Assembly (NCBI GenBank): GCA_039679545.1
Contig: JBDKUT010000130.1
Span: 1 to 37,589 of the forward strand
Source: Thermotogota bacterium
GTDB taxonomy: Bacteria > Bipolaricaulota > Bipolaricaulia > UBA7950 > UBA9294
Length of the DNA: 37,589 nt
Reading direction: 5' to 3'
The notes under the pieces were generated by a model. The model was not told where the DNA came from. It made no database searches and saw only the letters and a list, made by a program, of their open reading frames with translations. A program made the position numbers and the translations under genes. Below, piece by piece: positions 36,458 to 37,589 of the stretch (positions are counted from its first letter, which is position 1; the number at the start of each line of letters is the position of its first letter).

Positions 36458-37294
36458 CTACTGGTACAGAAACACGATGGCGGTTCCGGCCCAGCCATTG
36501 CGGCAGTAGACGGTCACCATGTGGGCAGATTCGGGTGTCAGAAACTGGGTCTGAAGGGCTCCGCACACGACGTACGTGCCCTCGCCACCGGAGCCCAAGC
36601 GCACAGAATCCACATCCGTGTAGCTGCCGTAGTAGTCCACGCTCGCAGCACGGTGGGACCACGAAGCTTCGTAGAGGTTCAGCCCTGACGGGATAGTGTA
36701 CGTGAATGTGTCAGTACCTGTGGTCGTGTCGACTGCGACTAGTAGCCTGGTGGCGTTGGGGTACTGGAAGTGATAGTACCCCATCGAGGAGATCACCGCG
36801 GCAGTGCTGAGGCCGATCTTCTGCGTTGCCTGGACCAGTGCATCGCGAAGCGTCGTGGTTGTCATGTCGCCTTGTTGATAACCTACCCACTGGACAACCC
36901 GGCTTGTCGGGTCTGTTCTCGGGTAGTAGGCCATCATCCACCCGTCCCGGCTGATGTAGAGGTGCGGCCACATGTGCTCGGGCAGATTGGGAAGCTCGAC
37001 AGTTCCGATCATGTACTCAAGCTCGGACGCCTCGACTCCGCTGAACACGGGCCCGCTTCGTGTGAGATCGATGGCCTGCTTCATGTCGACGTAGGCGCAG
37101 ATCCCGGCTTCGCTGTATGGAAACTCATCCACTTTCGCAGCTTGAGCGAACGCCGGAAACGACAGTGCGAGAAGGCCCGGCGTGCTCTCCTCGTGAGGCA
37201 TACTCGGCCACAGACTGCCGGGGTGCCAGCCAAGTGCAAGCGCGAACGCAAGCACTCCTGCGACTGCAATTGCTCTTCCTATTCGTCCGAACAT
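36458..37294 (-). CDS. Secreted/membrane-anchored hypothetical protein
   Basis: GGAGGG SD before ATG 37294; N-terminal hydrophobic signal; Tyr/Thr-rich beta-type mature region. Confidence 0.75.
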   Translation of the reverse strand: MFGRIGRAIAVAGVLAFALALGWHPGSLWPSMPHEESTPGLLALSFPAFAQAAKVDEFPYSEAGICAYVDMKQAIDLTRSGPVFSGVEASELEYMIGTVELPNLPEHMWPHLYISRDGWMMAYYPRTDPTSRVVQWVGYQQGDMTTTTLRDALVQATQKIGLSTAAVISSMGYYHFQYPNATRLLVAVDTTTGTDTFTYTIPSGLNLYEASWSHRAASVDYYGSYTDVDSVRLGSGGEGTYVVCGALQTQFLTPESAHMVTVYCRNGWAGTAIVFLYQ

Positions 37295-37589
37295 GCGCCC
37301 TCCAAATCCAATCTCTCGTATTGCCTTTCCAGGTCGCTCGTTCCACGCCCTCTGCGTGGTCTCTCCACGTGGGTTTGGCCGCACTCTCCAAGCCCAACGC
37401 CCAGCATCTCAAGGCCCCGGACTTCGGAGGTCGACCAACTGCGTCGTCAGCGCTCCCTCCACAACAACGTGTGCGCGCGTCGGCTGCGACGTATCATCAT
37501 CTGGAGGCGCCAACTGCAATGGCTCTACAGCGGCTGCTCCCTCGGTGAGCACCCGTGGACTGCTTGTGACTTCGCCCGGCTTCGGGTCC

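Noticed and set aside
36361..36458. attC site after the secreted protein gene
   Set aside because: The outer stem lacks the AAC/GTT core and the interior is branched. It is better explained by the REP-like repeat.

Overview
High-GC bacterial chromosomal window. The 16S is divergent and tentatively looks like Candidatus Bipolaricaulota (Acetothermia/OP1); this is from recall and needs a classifier. The window opens with the 3' end of an IS110 element and two apparently acquired genes (a trypsin-like protease and a TRADD-N-associated-type membrane protein). A long run of accessory enzymes follows: eight GNAT acetyltransferases, a serine hydrolase, a transglutaminase-like protein, a CPA2 antiporter, an AadA-like nucleotidyltransferase, DUF885, PrsW, PhzF, a cyclase, a SagB-type nitroreductase with Acr3, a methyltransferase and MBL hydrolases. 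A translationally coupled minus-strand operon (ddl-like, MBL, aminotransferase, tlyA) is divergent from a stand-alone 16S rRNA gene, which has no tRNA or 23S behind it and is followed by a Crp/Fnr gene. Next come a WD40 protein, pruA, two GNATs, an ArsR plus small Cys-rich coiled-coil pair, and a second accessory block with a repeated REP-like hairpin. The most striking unannotated feature is three tandem 13-codon mini-ORFs (24004-24121). They are chained by ATGA/GTGA stop-start overlaps from the aminotransferase stop to the tlyA start, and they show mostly synonymous divergence plus a compensated indel.
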